DNA from: Deinococcales bacterium
GTDB lineage: Bacteria; Deinococcota; Deinococci; Deinococcales; JAAFIG01
Assembly (NCBI GenBank): GCA_031414595.1
Contig: JANNVX010000086.1
Location: 1-64,000 of the forward strand
Direction of reading: 5' to 3'
DNA: 64,000 nucleotides
In this document: one piece after another, positions 38,621-47,508 of the stretch
Layout of the letters: each line of letters begins with the position of its first letter
How positions within the stretch are numbered: position 1 is the first letter of the stretch
Notes under the pieces: model-generated
Database searches by the model: none
What the model saw: only the letters and a program-made list of their open reading frames with translations
Told to the model about the DNA's origin: nothing
Program-made: the position numbers and the translations under genes

Positions 38621-41473
38621 TTAGAATGTTGGAACAACCACGGTACAAGTACCATAACCGGGGGTAGCACTGCCTAAAATACTTGTTTTGCCAGCAGTAT
38701 TTAAATTACTGCGTGGAGCATCTGACAACCAAGAGGTTACAGTTGCAGCACTGGTCAAAGGTGTGCCAGTTGCCCCGTGCAAATTAAAGGTATTTGCAGC
38801 GACTCGGCGCAAAAGATAGTTGTTTGCATTTACATCCGAGAAATTGATGTTATTGCTTACGGCGTTTAAGCATACGGTTGCCCCTGTGCCACCTGAAGTA
38901 CCACCTTGGACTTGAATGCCTGTAATCGGAAGCGGGTCAGTGCTTGTGGCGGTATTGCTCAGTAACGAGAGTTGTAAATTAGCGGTCGAAGTCGGTGCAG
39001 AACCAGCATTGACTAGGATACCAGCACCTTCAGCGTCAAGTACAGTATTGGTTTCAATCAAAGCCTGTAAAGTAGCTGCTTGACGCAGGCGGATGTCCAT
39101 ACCAGCACTTGCGCCAGTGTCTGCCCCAAGGTGCAAATCTATGGTGTTGCCTTTGATTCGTAACTTATGGGTTTGGGCTGGGGTATCGGCATCTATGCGA
39201 ATACCAGAACCATCCACTGTAATTAAATCTATGCGGTTATCATCTATGGTGGTGGTGGTTGCGCCACTGCTTTGGTACTGGGTGTTAATGCCATAAAAAG
39301 CATTCTCGCGGATACTGGTTTTCTCGACCTTCAAGACCATCCCTGCACTCGAGCCGACAACCGTATTGACCCTGATTCCACTGCTGTCACCTGCTTGAAT
39401 CCGCGAAGCCACTGTGGCTGCATTGCCAGAAGTTACAGCCACTGTACCAATCACCTCTAAGGTGTTGCTACTTGTACCACTGGCGGTGTACAGCACACCA
39501 TCATGGGTGGTTACAGCTGCCCCCACATTGTTGATTGTTACATCCTCGAGCCGTAGTAAATTTGTGCCAGTGTTTGGACTGGTTTCCACACCTTCGTTCT
39601 GCGAGTTGCTGATTCGCATATTTTTCAAGCTAACCGAACCAAATTGGGTGGCTAAATTTACGCCATCGGCAGTATGACCCGTTAAAATCCCGCCGCTTTC
39701 GGCAGTTGTGCCTGTACCTGTCACAGCAAACGAACCCGTGGTGTTGGTTAATTGAATGCCGTTTGCACCTCCACTCGAGGCGACTCTGGTTAAACTCACT
39801 GCCATTGTACCGTTGGTGATGTTCACAGCTTGGTTTGCACCTGCGGCAATACTGGCGTTCGTTACAGTTAGCGTACCGCCAGCCGTACCATTTAAGCCGC
39901 CAAACGTTAAGCCTTTGATGGTGTTGCCTGTGGCTACGGTCATCGGGGTTTGAACCGTTGGGGCTGTACCAGCCACCGCTAGTGTCTCTACGCCAACCAC
40001 AAGGGCTTCGCCAGAACCAATCGCTTGTTGACCATTTTTTAAGACCAAGGCAGTTGTGTTGGTGCTGTTGCCTTTGAGGTAAATAAAGTCATTGATAGCC
40101 GTGGTGTTAGCTGCCGCCACATTGAGGCTCTGGGCATTCTGGAATGGTGCGTTGCTGCGTCCGTCGCCGCCAGCCGAGGCAGCCGAATCTATGTACCAAA
40201 CGGTATTGCTTGGGGCTGCAAGGGTTGCCGAGAAATTAGGGCTGGTGCAAGTCCCATCAGAAATCTGGTAATTAAACGAATCGGCTACTCGAGAATTGAC
40301 CAATGGACGAATTGTGACTGTGCCAGTTGAAGCGTTGGCAATGCCAAGATTACCGCCGTTGGTGGTGGTAGCACTGGCAATAGCGCGGTTTTGTGGGGTC
40401 AGGGTCGCGCCGCCTAGGGCTGTAAACCGTGCTATCAGGGTAGCGTTTGCGCCCGTGTAGGCTTTTTCAGTGTTGCCAATAATGCCAGTTAGATTAGCGG
40501 CTGTGCCATTATCAAAGAAATTTCCGCCCATCCAAGCCGTGTCCACGCCTACACCCACAGTACGAACGCCGGGGATAAAGGTACTACCCGTTAAAGTTGT
40601 GCCGCACATACTGGTGATTTGTGGGCTACCGCCAAAGCTGGTGGCTCGAGCGCTTGCACCACTATTTGTGCCTTGTTCAGAAGTGCTTTCGGTGACTCGA
40701 TTGACATTATCGGTAAAGACTAAGAAGGTCATGCTATAACGGTAAGCAGGGTTGCCGTTTCCAGCGTCGCCTGCTTGTGGAACTTGCAGAGCCAGTGTAA
40801 CTGTGCCAGTTCCATTGGCGGCAATAGTACGGCTAGTGGCACTACTACGTGCCACATACGCATATTGCAAAATGCCTTCGCCTGTAATTGGATTAACATT
40901 GATTAATGACCCATTGGATGCTGTAGTCAGGGTGGTGATTTCGCTGCGCTGATAAATTTGCAAATCGGCATTATTATTGTCTACACAAACAGTGGCTGGC
41001 AAAGTGCAGCCTGTAGTTTTCATAGCATTAACAGGGATAAGATTATTGACATCAACCGTGCCACCCGCAAAGGTTTGAACATTCCTAAAAGCACTCCCGC
41101 CGCTATTATTATTCTGGCGGTATGCTACTAAGGTCAGGTTTGTACGAGCAGCCGCCGCGTTGTTGGTCACAGTAAACCGTGCCATCAGGTAACGGTTGGT
41201 GGTAGCTGGCACATCAATAGATTGAAAGACTTGGCTATTGAATACCAAGGTAGATTCAGTGATTGGTGTCAGGGCTTGGCTCGAGACTCGATTTGGTACA
41301 AATTTAGCGGTTTGTACTTTACCCTCTCCACCAAATTGAACGGTTAGGCTACCCAGCAGTGTGGGTGCAAACGGTTGCTCGAGAACTGGCGGTTTGGCTT
41401 CTGGTGTGGGCGCTTGAGGACAAGCCACCAAGAGCGCAGGCAGTAGTAAAAGTGCCGTCACATAGTGCTTCAT
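38621..41473 (-). CDS. 950-aa surface lipoprotein (N-terminal beta domain, Ig/cadherin-like segment, beta-helix)
   Basis: Lipobox LVAC; DSFNYQISDG; WYID.....GDGR...PF followed by Asn/Gly/Thr-rich beta-helix-like repeats. Confidence 0.85.
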   Translation of the reverse strand: MKHYVTALLLLPALLVACPQAPTPEAKPPVLEQPFAPTLLGSLTVQFGGEGKVQTAKFVPNRVSSQALTPITESTLVFNSQVFQSIDVPATTNRYLMARFTVTNNAAAARTNLTLVAYRQNNNSGGSAFRNVQTFAGGTVDVNNLIPVNAMKTTGCTLPATVCVDNNNADLQIYQRSEITTLTTASNGSLINVNPITGEGILQYAYVARSSATSRTIAANGTGTVTLALQVPQAGDAGNGNPAYRYSMTFLVFTDNVNRVTESTSEQGTNSGASARATSFGGSPQITSMCGTTLTGSTFIPGVRTVGVGVDTAWMGGNFFDNGTAANLTGIIGNTEKAYTGANATLIARFTALGGATLTPQNRAIASATTTNGGNLGIANASTGTVTIRPLVNSRVADSFNYQISDGTCTSPNFSATLAAPSNTVWYIDSAASAGGDGRSNAPFQNAQSLNVAAANTTAINDFIYLKGNSTNTTALVLKNGQQAIGSGEALVVGVETLAVAGTAPTVQTPMTVATGNTIKGLTFGGLNGTAGGTLTVTNASIAAGANQAVNITNGTMAVSLTRVASSGGANGIQLTNTTGSFAVTGTGTTAESGGILTGHTADGVNLATQFGSVSLKNMRISNSQNEGVETSPNTGTNLLRLEDVTINNVGAAVTTHDGVLYTASGTSSNTLEVIGTVAVTSGNAATVASRIQAGDSSGIRVNTVVGSSAGMVLKVEKTSIRENAFYGINTQYQSSGATTTTIDDNRIDLITVDGSGIRIDADTPAQTHKLRIKGNTIDLHLGADTGASAGMDIRLRQAATLQALIETNTVLDAEGAGILVNAGSAPTSTANLQLSLLSNTATSTDPLPITGIQVQGGTSGGTGATVCLNAVSNNINFSDVNANNYLLRRVAANTFNLHGATGTPLTSAATVTSWLSDAPRSNLNTAGKTSILGSATPGYGTCTVVVPTF

Positions 41474-41637
41474 TGTTCACCCCCCAAAGTATCTTGGAGT
41501 TCGTCCAAGGGATTATCTGGGAAGCCTGTTGTGCCTATGGGTAAGGACACACCAGTCATCGAATGCCATTGGTGCTTTTCAAGTTGTGGCGTGTAATACG
41601 TCTTTTTTGTGAAAATCGGATCGGTCGGGATCATCAT
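41470..41637 (-). CDS. Unannotated 55-aa peptide with RiPP-leader-like YxxPxL motif
   Basis: MMIPTDPIFTKKTYYTPQLEKHQWHSMTGVSLPIGTTGFPDNPLDELQDTLGGEQ*; AAAGGAGG RBS (second ATG, 41634, is better spaced); stop overlaps the lipoprotein start as ATGA. Below the ORF-track cutoff. Confidence 0.75.
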   Translation of the reverse strand: MMIPTDPIFTKKTYYTPQLEKHQWHSMTGVSLPIGTTGFPDNPLDELQDTLGGEQ

Positions 41638-41657
41638 TTCCTCCTTTGGTTTGTTCT

Positions 41658-41701
41658 ACTCTATCTAAAAAGCGTCACACAAGCGTCACACGGAGCGTTA
41701 C
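41658..41701 (-). promoter_or_regulatory. Promoter with three GT(G/A)ACGCT direct repeats upstream of a TAGAGT -10
   Basis: AGCGTCAC at 41671 and 41682, AGCGTTAC at 41694 on the + strand; -10 at 41658-41663. Confidence 0.65.
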
Positions 41702-41816
41702 ATCTGAAATCGGTCTTTAAGAATTACGAATATAAACACTATCACATTTTAATAAATCAAGTCCTAAGCTATTAAAAAGCAACTGCATTGTTACAGTGTC
41801 TCATTTCTTGGCTGGT

Positions 41817-42014
41817 GCGAGTAGCCCGCAAGCGACCCAAGCCCGAAGCGCCCAAAGCCCGAAGGTGCTGTTTCAGGGGCAAGACAGGTGCTGCTGTAGG
41901 GGTCAAGAAGGTGCTATTCCACGAGCAAGAAGCGCGAGTAGCCCGACAGCGACCCAGCCCGCTAAGTGCATCTTTAGGGTCAAGACAGGTGTTATTCCAC
42001 GAGCAAGAAGCGCG
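41817..42014. repeat. Composite array of GGTGCT-N9/10-CAAGA and GCG-N3/5-AGCCCG units
   Basis: Five 22-23-nt units (41864, 41887, 41910, 41965, 41988) and five shorter AGCCCG units; ATTCCACGAGCAAGAAGCGCG occurs twice, 78 bp apart. Confidence 0.8.
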
Positions 42015-42039
42015 GGTTTTAGCGTAGACTGAAAACCAT

Positions 42040-43212
42040 ATGATTGCACAGGTTGTCGGCTACGGAATGATTGATGGACTTGGGAATAATCCAAAAGACT
42101 GCTTTGCCAACATGGTCAATGACCAAGATTTTGTGACTGACCTGAGTTTTTTTGTCAATGGTCAAATCACCAGAGGGATTCAAGTCAATTATCAAAATTT
42201 GGTTTTGCCGACTGGTTTTTCAGATAAGGGCATCACCCAAACCCAGCGCCTAGCGATGCACGCCACGGCTCAAGCCATTACCCATGCTAATTTACCGCAT
42301 AGCTCCAATGTTGCGGTAATTCTGTCCACAGTCAGTAACGATGCTGAATTTATCGAAGAATACTTTTCTAAGTTTATCGAGAACCGCCGGGTCAGTCCTC
42401 GAGCCGTGGTCAATCGTTTACCAGACATTGCTTGTAATCAAATTGCTTGTCATTACGATTTTCGCGGGGTTTCGTATTCGTTGTTTGCCTCTTGTAGCAC
42501 TGGTTTAATGTCCATAGACAGCGCCATGAAATTGCTCGAGGACTACGATTATGTGGTGGTTGGCGCAGCCGACGCGGGGTGTTTTGGTTTTTCGATGAAG
42601 TATTTTGCGTATATTGGAGCTTTGGGTAATTTTAGTGCGCCTTTTGATGTTTCCCGCAAAGGTTTTTGCATGGGTGAAGGGGCTGGTACACTGATTTTAC
42701 AAAGTAGCGAAAAAGCCAAAGAGTACGGCAGTACCGTTTATGCCACGCTTTATCCGGTTGGCATGGCATCGGATGCGTATGATGCGACTTTTCCACATCA
42801 GGACGGACGCGGCGCAATTTTAGCCATAGATAAAGCCATGAAGCACATTCCAAGCAACGGAATTCACGCCGTCAATGCCCATGCGACTTCAACCCCGATT
42901 GGCGACGCGGTAGAATATAAGGTCTTAGCCGAAAAGTTTCCCCATATTCCGATTTACGCCCCAAAAAGTAAAATCGGGCATACCTTAGCTGCCTCTGGGA
43001 TTCTCGAGACAATTTATGCAATTGAATCCATGCGTCACGGAGTTATTCCACAAATTCATAACTTAAAACACTGTGATTTTTTGCGTGAAGAAGGCAAACT
43101 CAATTTCACCTCGAGCCAATTTGGTGCTGAACCGACCCTGAGAACCCTAAAAAACTCTTTTGGTTTTGGTGGCAAGTGCGCCTCGATGGTGATTGAAGTG
43201 ACAAGGGACTAA
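42040..43212 (+). CDS. Stand-alone beta-ketoacyl-ACP synthase (FabF-like, divergent)
   Basis: Cys-His-His triad: ASCSTG, NAHATST, KSKIGHTL; NSFGFGG. Confidence 0.88.
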   Translation: MIAQVVGYGMIDGLGNNPKDCFANMVNDQDFVTDLSFFVNGQITRGIQVNYQNLVLPTGFSDKGITQTQRLAMHATAQAITHANLPHSSNVAVILSTVSNDAEFIEEYFSKFIENRRVSPRAVVNRLPDIACNQIACHYDFRGVSYSLFASCSTGLMSIDSAMKLLEDYDYVVVGAADAGCFGFSMKYFAYIGALGNFSAPFDVSRKGFCMGEGAGTLILQSSEKAKEYGSTVYATLYPVGMASDAYDATFPHQDGRGAILAIDKAMKHIPSNGIHAVNAHATSTPIGDAVEYKVLAEKFPHIPIYAPKSKIGHTLAASGILETIYAIESMRHGVIPQIHNLKHCDFLREEGKLNFTSSQFGAEPTLRTLKNSFGFGGKCASMVIEVTRD

Positions 43213-43230
43213 AGGCGTAAGATAGCTCCA

Positions 43231-44460
43231 ATGAAGCCGAAATTCTCCTATGCTTGGGTGATTGTTGCAGTCACGGCAGTGGTCTTGTTGGTCACGGCTG
43301 GCGCTCGCAGTGCGCCAGGGGCTTGGCTGATCGAAATGGAACGTGACACGGGTTGGTCGAGGGCGAGTTTATCCTTGGCAACTGGTCTGGGTTTAATTTT
43401 ATTTGGTTTGGGTGGTCCTATTTCTGGGTTGCTGATGGCAAAACTAGGGGTTCGGGCAGTCACCGCCGCCAGTTTAATCATCACAGCCCTCGCCATGTGG
43501 CTTTCAAGCCGAGTGCAGACCCAACTCGAGTTAAATCTGTTCTTTGGGTTGTTGTCTGGTATTGGTACAGGTTTGGTTGCCAGTGTGCTTGGGGCGACCA
43601 TCGCCAACAGGTGGTTTGTCGAACGGCGTGGTTTGGTGATTGGTATTTTTGGGGCAAGTACCAGTGCTGGGCAGTTGGTCTTCTATCCACTGCTAACGAC
43701 TTTAGCGGTCAATATCGGTTGGCGCTCGAGTGCCTTGGTCTTAGCCAGTATTACGATTGCGATTCTTGTGCCAGTCTTGTTTTTAATGCGTTCCGACCCG
43801 TCTGAAGTTGGGCAACGTCCGCTTGGAGCAAATCTGGACACGCCACTAACCGCACCCCAAGCCGACCTTGGAATCATGAGTAAAGCACTCCGTCACCCTG
43901 ATTTTTGGTTACTGGCAATTACTTTTTATATTTGTGGGGCGACCAGCAATGGTTTAATCGGTCAGCATTTAATTCCTCATGCGGTGGATCATGGTTTAAC
44001 CCAGCCTATTGCAGCCAGTATGGTTGCACTCATGGGAGCTTTTAATTTTGTGGGAACAATTGCTTCGGGTTGGCTAACCGACCGTTATGACCCGCGTCGT
44101 TTGCTCTTGGTGTATTACTTTTTTCGTGGTGTTAGCCTGCTTTTTCTGCCCTATATGCACGATGTTGGCGGACTGAGTATTTTTGCGGTTCTTTTTGGTT
44201 TAGATTACATTGCGACTGTGCCACCAACTGTGATGTTGGTAGCCAAAACCTTTGGCAGACACAATGTTGGCATTGTCTACGGTTGGGTCTTTGCGGCACA
44301 TCAGTTAGGAGCGGCAATGGCAGCTTGGATTGGTGGTTTGGCAAGGGATAATTTGGGTGATTACACCTTGGCGTTTACGGTAGCTGGAATAATTGCCGTG
44401 CTTGGTGGGTTCTTGGCATTGGGTATTCGTCGGGAAACTCGAGAAGTGGCTATGCGCTAA
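43231..44460 (+). CDS. MFS transporter
   Basis: About 12 TMs, RWFVERRGL, GWLTDRYDPR, HQLG. Confidence 0.92.
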   Translation: MKPKFSYAWVIVAVTAVVLLVTAGARSAPGAWLIEMERDTGWSRASLSLATGLGLILFGLGGPISGLLMAKLGVRAVTAASLIITALAMWLSSRVQTQLELNLFFGLLSGIGTGLVASVLGATIANRWFVERRGLVIGIFGASTSAGQLVFYPLLTTLAVNIGWRSSALVLASITIAILVPVLFLMRSDPSEVGQRPLGANLDTPLTAPQADLGIMSKALRHPDFWLLAITFYICGATSNGLIGQHLIPHAVDHGLTQPIAASMVALMGAFNFVGTIASGWLTDRYDPRRLLLVYYFFRGVSLLFLPYMHDVGGLSIFAVLFGLDYIATVPPTVMLVAKTFGRHNVGIVYGWVFAAHQLGAAMAAWIGGLARDNLGDYTLAFTVAGIIAVLGGFLALGIRRETREVAMR

Positions 44461-44562
44461 ATATGATATTTTTCACATTTGAGTCCCTGACGCGATATTG
44501 TAAGATTATTGTAAGGAATTAGTAATGATTGGTTGGTAGAATTCTAGCTGTAGGAGTTTATC

Positions 44563-46362
44563 ATGAAATCTTTAAGTCAAATTACCGGTTTAGCACTCAG
44601 CGCTTTTATTGGCGCAGTGTTTGCTTCGTGCAGTACACTAAAAACCGAAGCCAAGCAAGAATACCTACTAACCTTAAATTTAACTACCAACGACACCCAG
44701 GAGACTGTCTTGCAACGTTACGGCGGAGCAGTGCTTTCTTTTGACTCACAAGCAGGTTTTGCAATTCTTAAAACTGATCGTTTGCCTGTCAGTAACGACT
44801 CGGCAGTTAAACACCTCGAGCCAAATACGACCCTCGAGACCACCGATGCCAGAATCAACCTTAATCAACCCAACATCAGCACCCAAGGCGCAAGCTCAGG
44901 GACTGCCAGTGTTGGTATGAGTGGCTGGGCTACATGGTCAAGTGGTTGGTCAACGTGGTCTAGTGGCTGGTCTACATGGTCAAGTGGTCAGACCTTACCG
45001 TTTACGCAAGCCCAAACCAGCAATGCTTATATGAGCAGCCGTGTGCCTCAAGCCCATGCGATTGCCCACAATTTTGCTGCTGGTGTGATTGTGGCTGTTT
45101 TAGACACGGGTATTGACCTGAACCACCCCGGATTTGCTGGGCGTTTAATCCAACCAGCCAAGCGCTGGAATTTTGTGGACAAAAACAACGATGTTACCGA
45201 AGTCAATAATGGTAAAGGCTACGGGCATGGTACAGCCGTAGCTGGCATTATTTTACAAGTTGCTCCCAAAGCCACAATTATGCCACTCAAAGTCTTGGAT
45301 TCAGATGGCAAGGGGGACTTAGATGATGTGATTGCTGCGATTGATTACGCGGTTAAAAATGGCGCTCGAGTGATCAATATCTCTTTGGGTTCAAAAGAGT
45401 ATTCAGAAGCCTTAAAAACCGTGATTAGCAATGCCATTAGTAAAAATGTCTATATTGTGGCTTCGGTTGGTAATGACAGTAAGAAAAATAAAGCTTCTTA
45501 CCCCGCAGCCATGGGTTATTCATTTGGAACAGGCAAACTCATTGGGGTTGGCAGTATTAACGACAACGATCAAATCTCGAGTTTTTCCAATAGTGGCGAT
45601 GATGTCTTTATGTACGCACCTGGCGAAAACGTGCAAACTTATGCGCCAAATGGTCGAACTGCCAATGCTACAGGAACTTCTTTTGCTGCGCCTTTGGTGA
45701 CTGGGGCAATGGCACTGGCGTATGGTGAAGCCTATGACGAAACCTCTAGCGCTTATTTGAGAGAAATTGGCACGACTCTTGGGTCATCAAATGATAAAAA
45801 ACGGGTTTGGTGGCGCAACTACGCCGAAGTAGACCCTGATTCAACTTGTAAAACACCAAATGGCAGTTGGTGTTTTGCCCAAGGCACACTTGATGTCGAA
45901 AAATTGCTCTTGAGTATTCCTGATTTCAAGCCAGCCAAACAAAAAAGTAAAGTAGATTTTGTAAGAAATGGTGGTTTTGAACTGGATGATTTCCAAGGTT
46001 GGAAAGCCACTGGAATCACAACAACCGCACCCTTTAGCGGGACAACCAGCATACGAATGTACCCGATTGGCAAACTGACTCAAAAAATTAATGGTTTATC
46101 GCCTAATACAAACTACCGTTTAACAGCTTGGGCAAAGGTGGATACAAAATCAGATTCGGTTAGTTTCTTGGTTAAAGACTTTGGAGGCAGTGCAGTCAGT
46201 GTAAGCACCACAACTCAACAGCATCAGTTTTTCAAGCCAATCAATCTGGTTTTCACCACGGGTACAAAAAACACATCGGCTGAACTGGTGGTTGACCGAA
46301 ATTCGTCGTTTTCCCTAGCCGATGCCTACATTGATTCGATTAGCATCACCCAAGTTTGGTAA
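44563..46362 (+). CDS. S8 subtilisin-like serine peptidase lipoprotein with C-terminal CBM-like domain
   Basis: Lipobox FASC; VLDTG, GHGTAVAG, GTSFAAP; C-terminal VRNGGFE...GL.PNTNY.LTAW. Confidence 0.9.
   Translation: MKSLSQITGLALSAFIGAVFASCSTLKTEAKQEYLLTLNLTTNDTQETVLQRYGGAVLSFDSQAGFAILKTDRLPVSNDSAVKHLEPNTTLETTDARINLNQPNISTQGASSGTASVGMSGWATWSSGWSTWSSGWSTWSSGQTLPFTQAQTSNAYMSSRVPQAHAIAHNFAAGVIVAVLDTGIDLNHPGFAGRLIQPAKRWNFVDKNNDVTEVNNGKGYGHGTAVAGIILQVAPKATIMPLKVLDSDGKGDLDDVIAAIDYAVKNGARVINISLGSKEYSEALKTVISNAISKNVYIVASVGNDSKKNKASYPAAMGYSFGTGKLIGVGSINDNDQISSFSNSGDDVFMYAPGENVQTYAPNGRTANATGTSFAAPLVTGAMALAYGEAYDETSSAYLREIGTTLGSSNDKKRVWWRNYAEVDPDSTCKTPNGSWCFAQGTLDVEKLLLSIPDFKPAKQKSKVDFVRNGGFELDDFQGWKATGITTTAPFSGTTSIRMYPIGKLTQKINGLSPNTNYRLTAWAKVDTKSDSVSFLVKDFGGSAVSVSTTTQQHQFFKPINLVFTTGTKNTSAELVVDRNSSFSLADAYIDSISITQVW
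44920..44988 (+). repeat. Three 21-bp coding repeats (SGW[AS]TWS)
   Basis: AGTGGCTGGGCTACATGGTCA / AGTGGTTGGTCAACGTGGTCT / AGTGGCTGGTCTACATGGTCA. Confidence 0.9.
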
Positions 46363-46717
46363 CGGCTGGCGTGGTCTCGAGCATGGTTTTCCAAGTGGTT
46401 TCGTCGCGCCCAATTGCCAGTGCTTTGCCAACCCGAACCAAAGGCAAACGCAGCAAGCGTGGTTCGTCTTGGACTCGAATAAACCAGCCATCTTCACTGA
46501 GTTTTAGGTACTCGAGACCAGAGGCTTGAAAGGTTTTGCCAGTGCGGTCAAGCACCAAATCCCAACCGAACTTATCCAAGAAACGTTTCAGTTCGCCAGC
46601 CGCAATCGGGCGCTCGAGTAAATCCACCAGATGAATTTTAATTTTGCGTTCCTTAAAAAAACGCTCGGCGGCACGGGTTTCTTGTGACTTTTGAATGCCA
46701 AAAATTTGGGCTTCCAT
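46346..46717 (-). CDS. ArsC/Spx/MgsR family protein (lacks the N-terminal Cys)
   Basis: QIFG..KSQETRAAERFFKER, PRLLRLPLVR. Confidence 0.85.
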   Translation of the reverse strand: MEAQIFGIQKSQETRAAERFFKERKIKIHLVDLLERPIAAGELKRFLDKFGWDLVLDRTGKTFQASGLEYLKLSEDGWFIRVQDEPRLLRLPLVRVGKALAIGRDETTWKTMLETTPAVTKLG

Positions 46718-46719
46718 AC

Positions 46720-47385
46720 TTATAACCGTGTTGTAATCACCATAAAGCGCACATCCGCACCTTCAAAACCGGGGGTCTGAACGGCGACAAAAACCGCCAA
46801 GTTATTGCCCAACAAATGAGCGCTTCGCATTTCATAGCTTAAAGCACAGGCTCGAGATTTAGGTAAGGTTAGCCCATCTTTTTGTAAGACTCGGGTTTTT
46901 CCAGCCGCACTTAAAGTCAATTCTAAACGCGAAGCGATTTCGTCAGGGCAAGTTTTAGCAGCTTGTTTCTCGAAGTTGCTGTTTAGCTCCAAGGTATAGG
47001 TGCGACCCGCATAGATAAATTCACTGCGTTGACCGCTTAAATTTGGTGCTGTTGGGGCAATACCAATAAATTTTCCTTGATTGCCACTGACAATTTTGTA
47101 ACGGGTTAGTAAACTCTGCACTGTGCTTTTTATGGCGGCTCGAGCTTGAGCGGTAGAACTACTTTCAACTTCAATCATCTTTTCGGTTTGGGCAAGCAAA
47201 GTGTTTTTTGCCACATCCACAATTTGAATTTGGGCATATGGATACCCAATACCGTCGGTCATGCCAAATTGTTCAAACGCCAAGTAACGCCCATCTTTGG
47301 AAAAACCAATGAATTCAAGATTGGCTGCGTCTCCGGCTCGAGCAAAGGAAAAAAGTAAAACGAAGAAAAGTAAAATTCTGGGCAT
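46720..47385 (-). CDS. Secreted DUF2259-like protein
   Basis: Signal peptide; GD.A....IGFS.DGRY.AFEQFG..DG.G.PY; LP.SRAC.L.Y; PGFEG. Confidence 0.8.
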   Translation of the reverse strand: MPRILLFFVLLFSFARAGDAANLEFIGFSKDGRYLAFEQFGMTDGIGYPYAQIQIVDVAKNTLLAQTEKMIEVESSSTAQARAAIKSTVQSLLTRYKIVSGNQGKFIGIAPTAPNLSGQRSEFIYAGRTYTLELNSNFEKQAAKTCPDEIASRLELTLSAAGKTRVLQKDGLTLPKSRACALSYEMRSAHLLGNNLAVFVAVQTPGFEGADVRFMVITTRL

Positions 47386-47427
47386 GGCAATACTGTAACA
47401 TTTATTGCGAATAAAATGTGTCCAACC

Positions 47428-47454
47428 GTAGGGGCGAACCCCTGTGTTCGCCCT
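47428..47454 (+). repeat. GTAG-type REP-like palindrome
   Basis: GTAG-GGGCGAAC-CCCTGT-GTTCGCCC(T) hairpin in an intergenic region. Confidence 0.75.
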
Positions 47455-47508
47455 TGTAGGAGGGCATTTTTTGACAACGTGCGTCAGGCTTGTGTTTTTA
47501 TAACTAAG

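Noticed and set aside
41817-42014. CRISPR array, or the small ORFs 41788..42027 and 41796..42032
   Set aside because: Variable parts are only 9-10 nt, repeats are degenerate and no cas genes are present; the ORFs merely translate the repeats.
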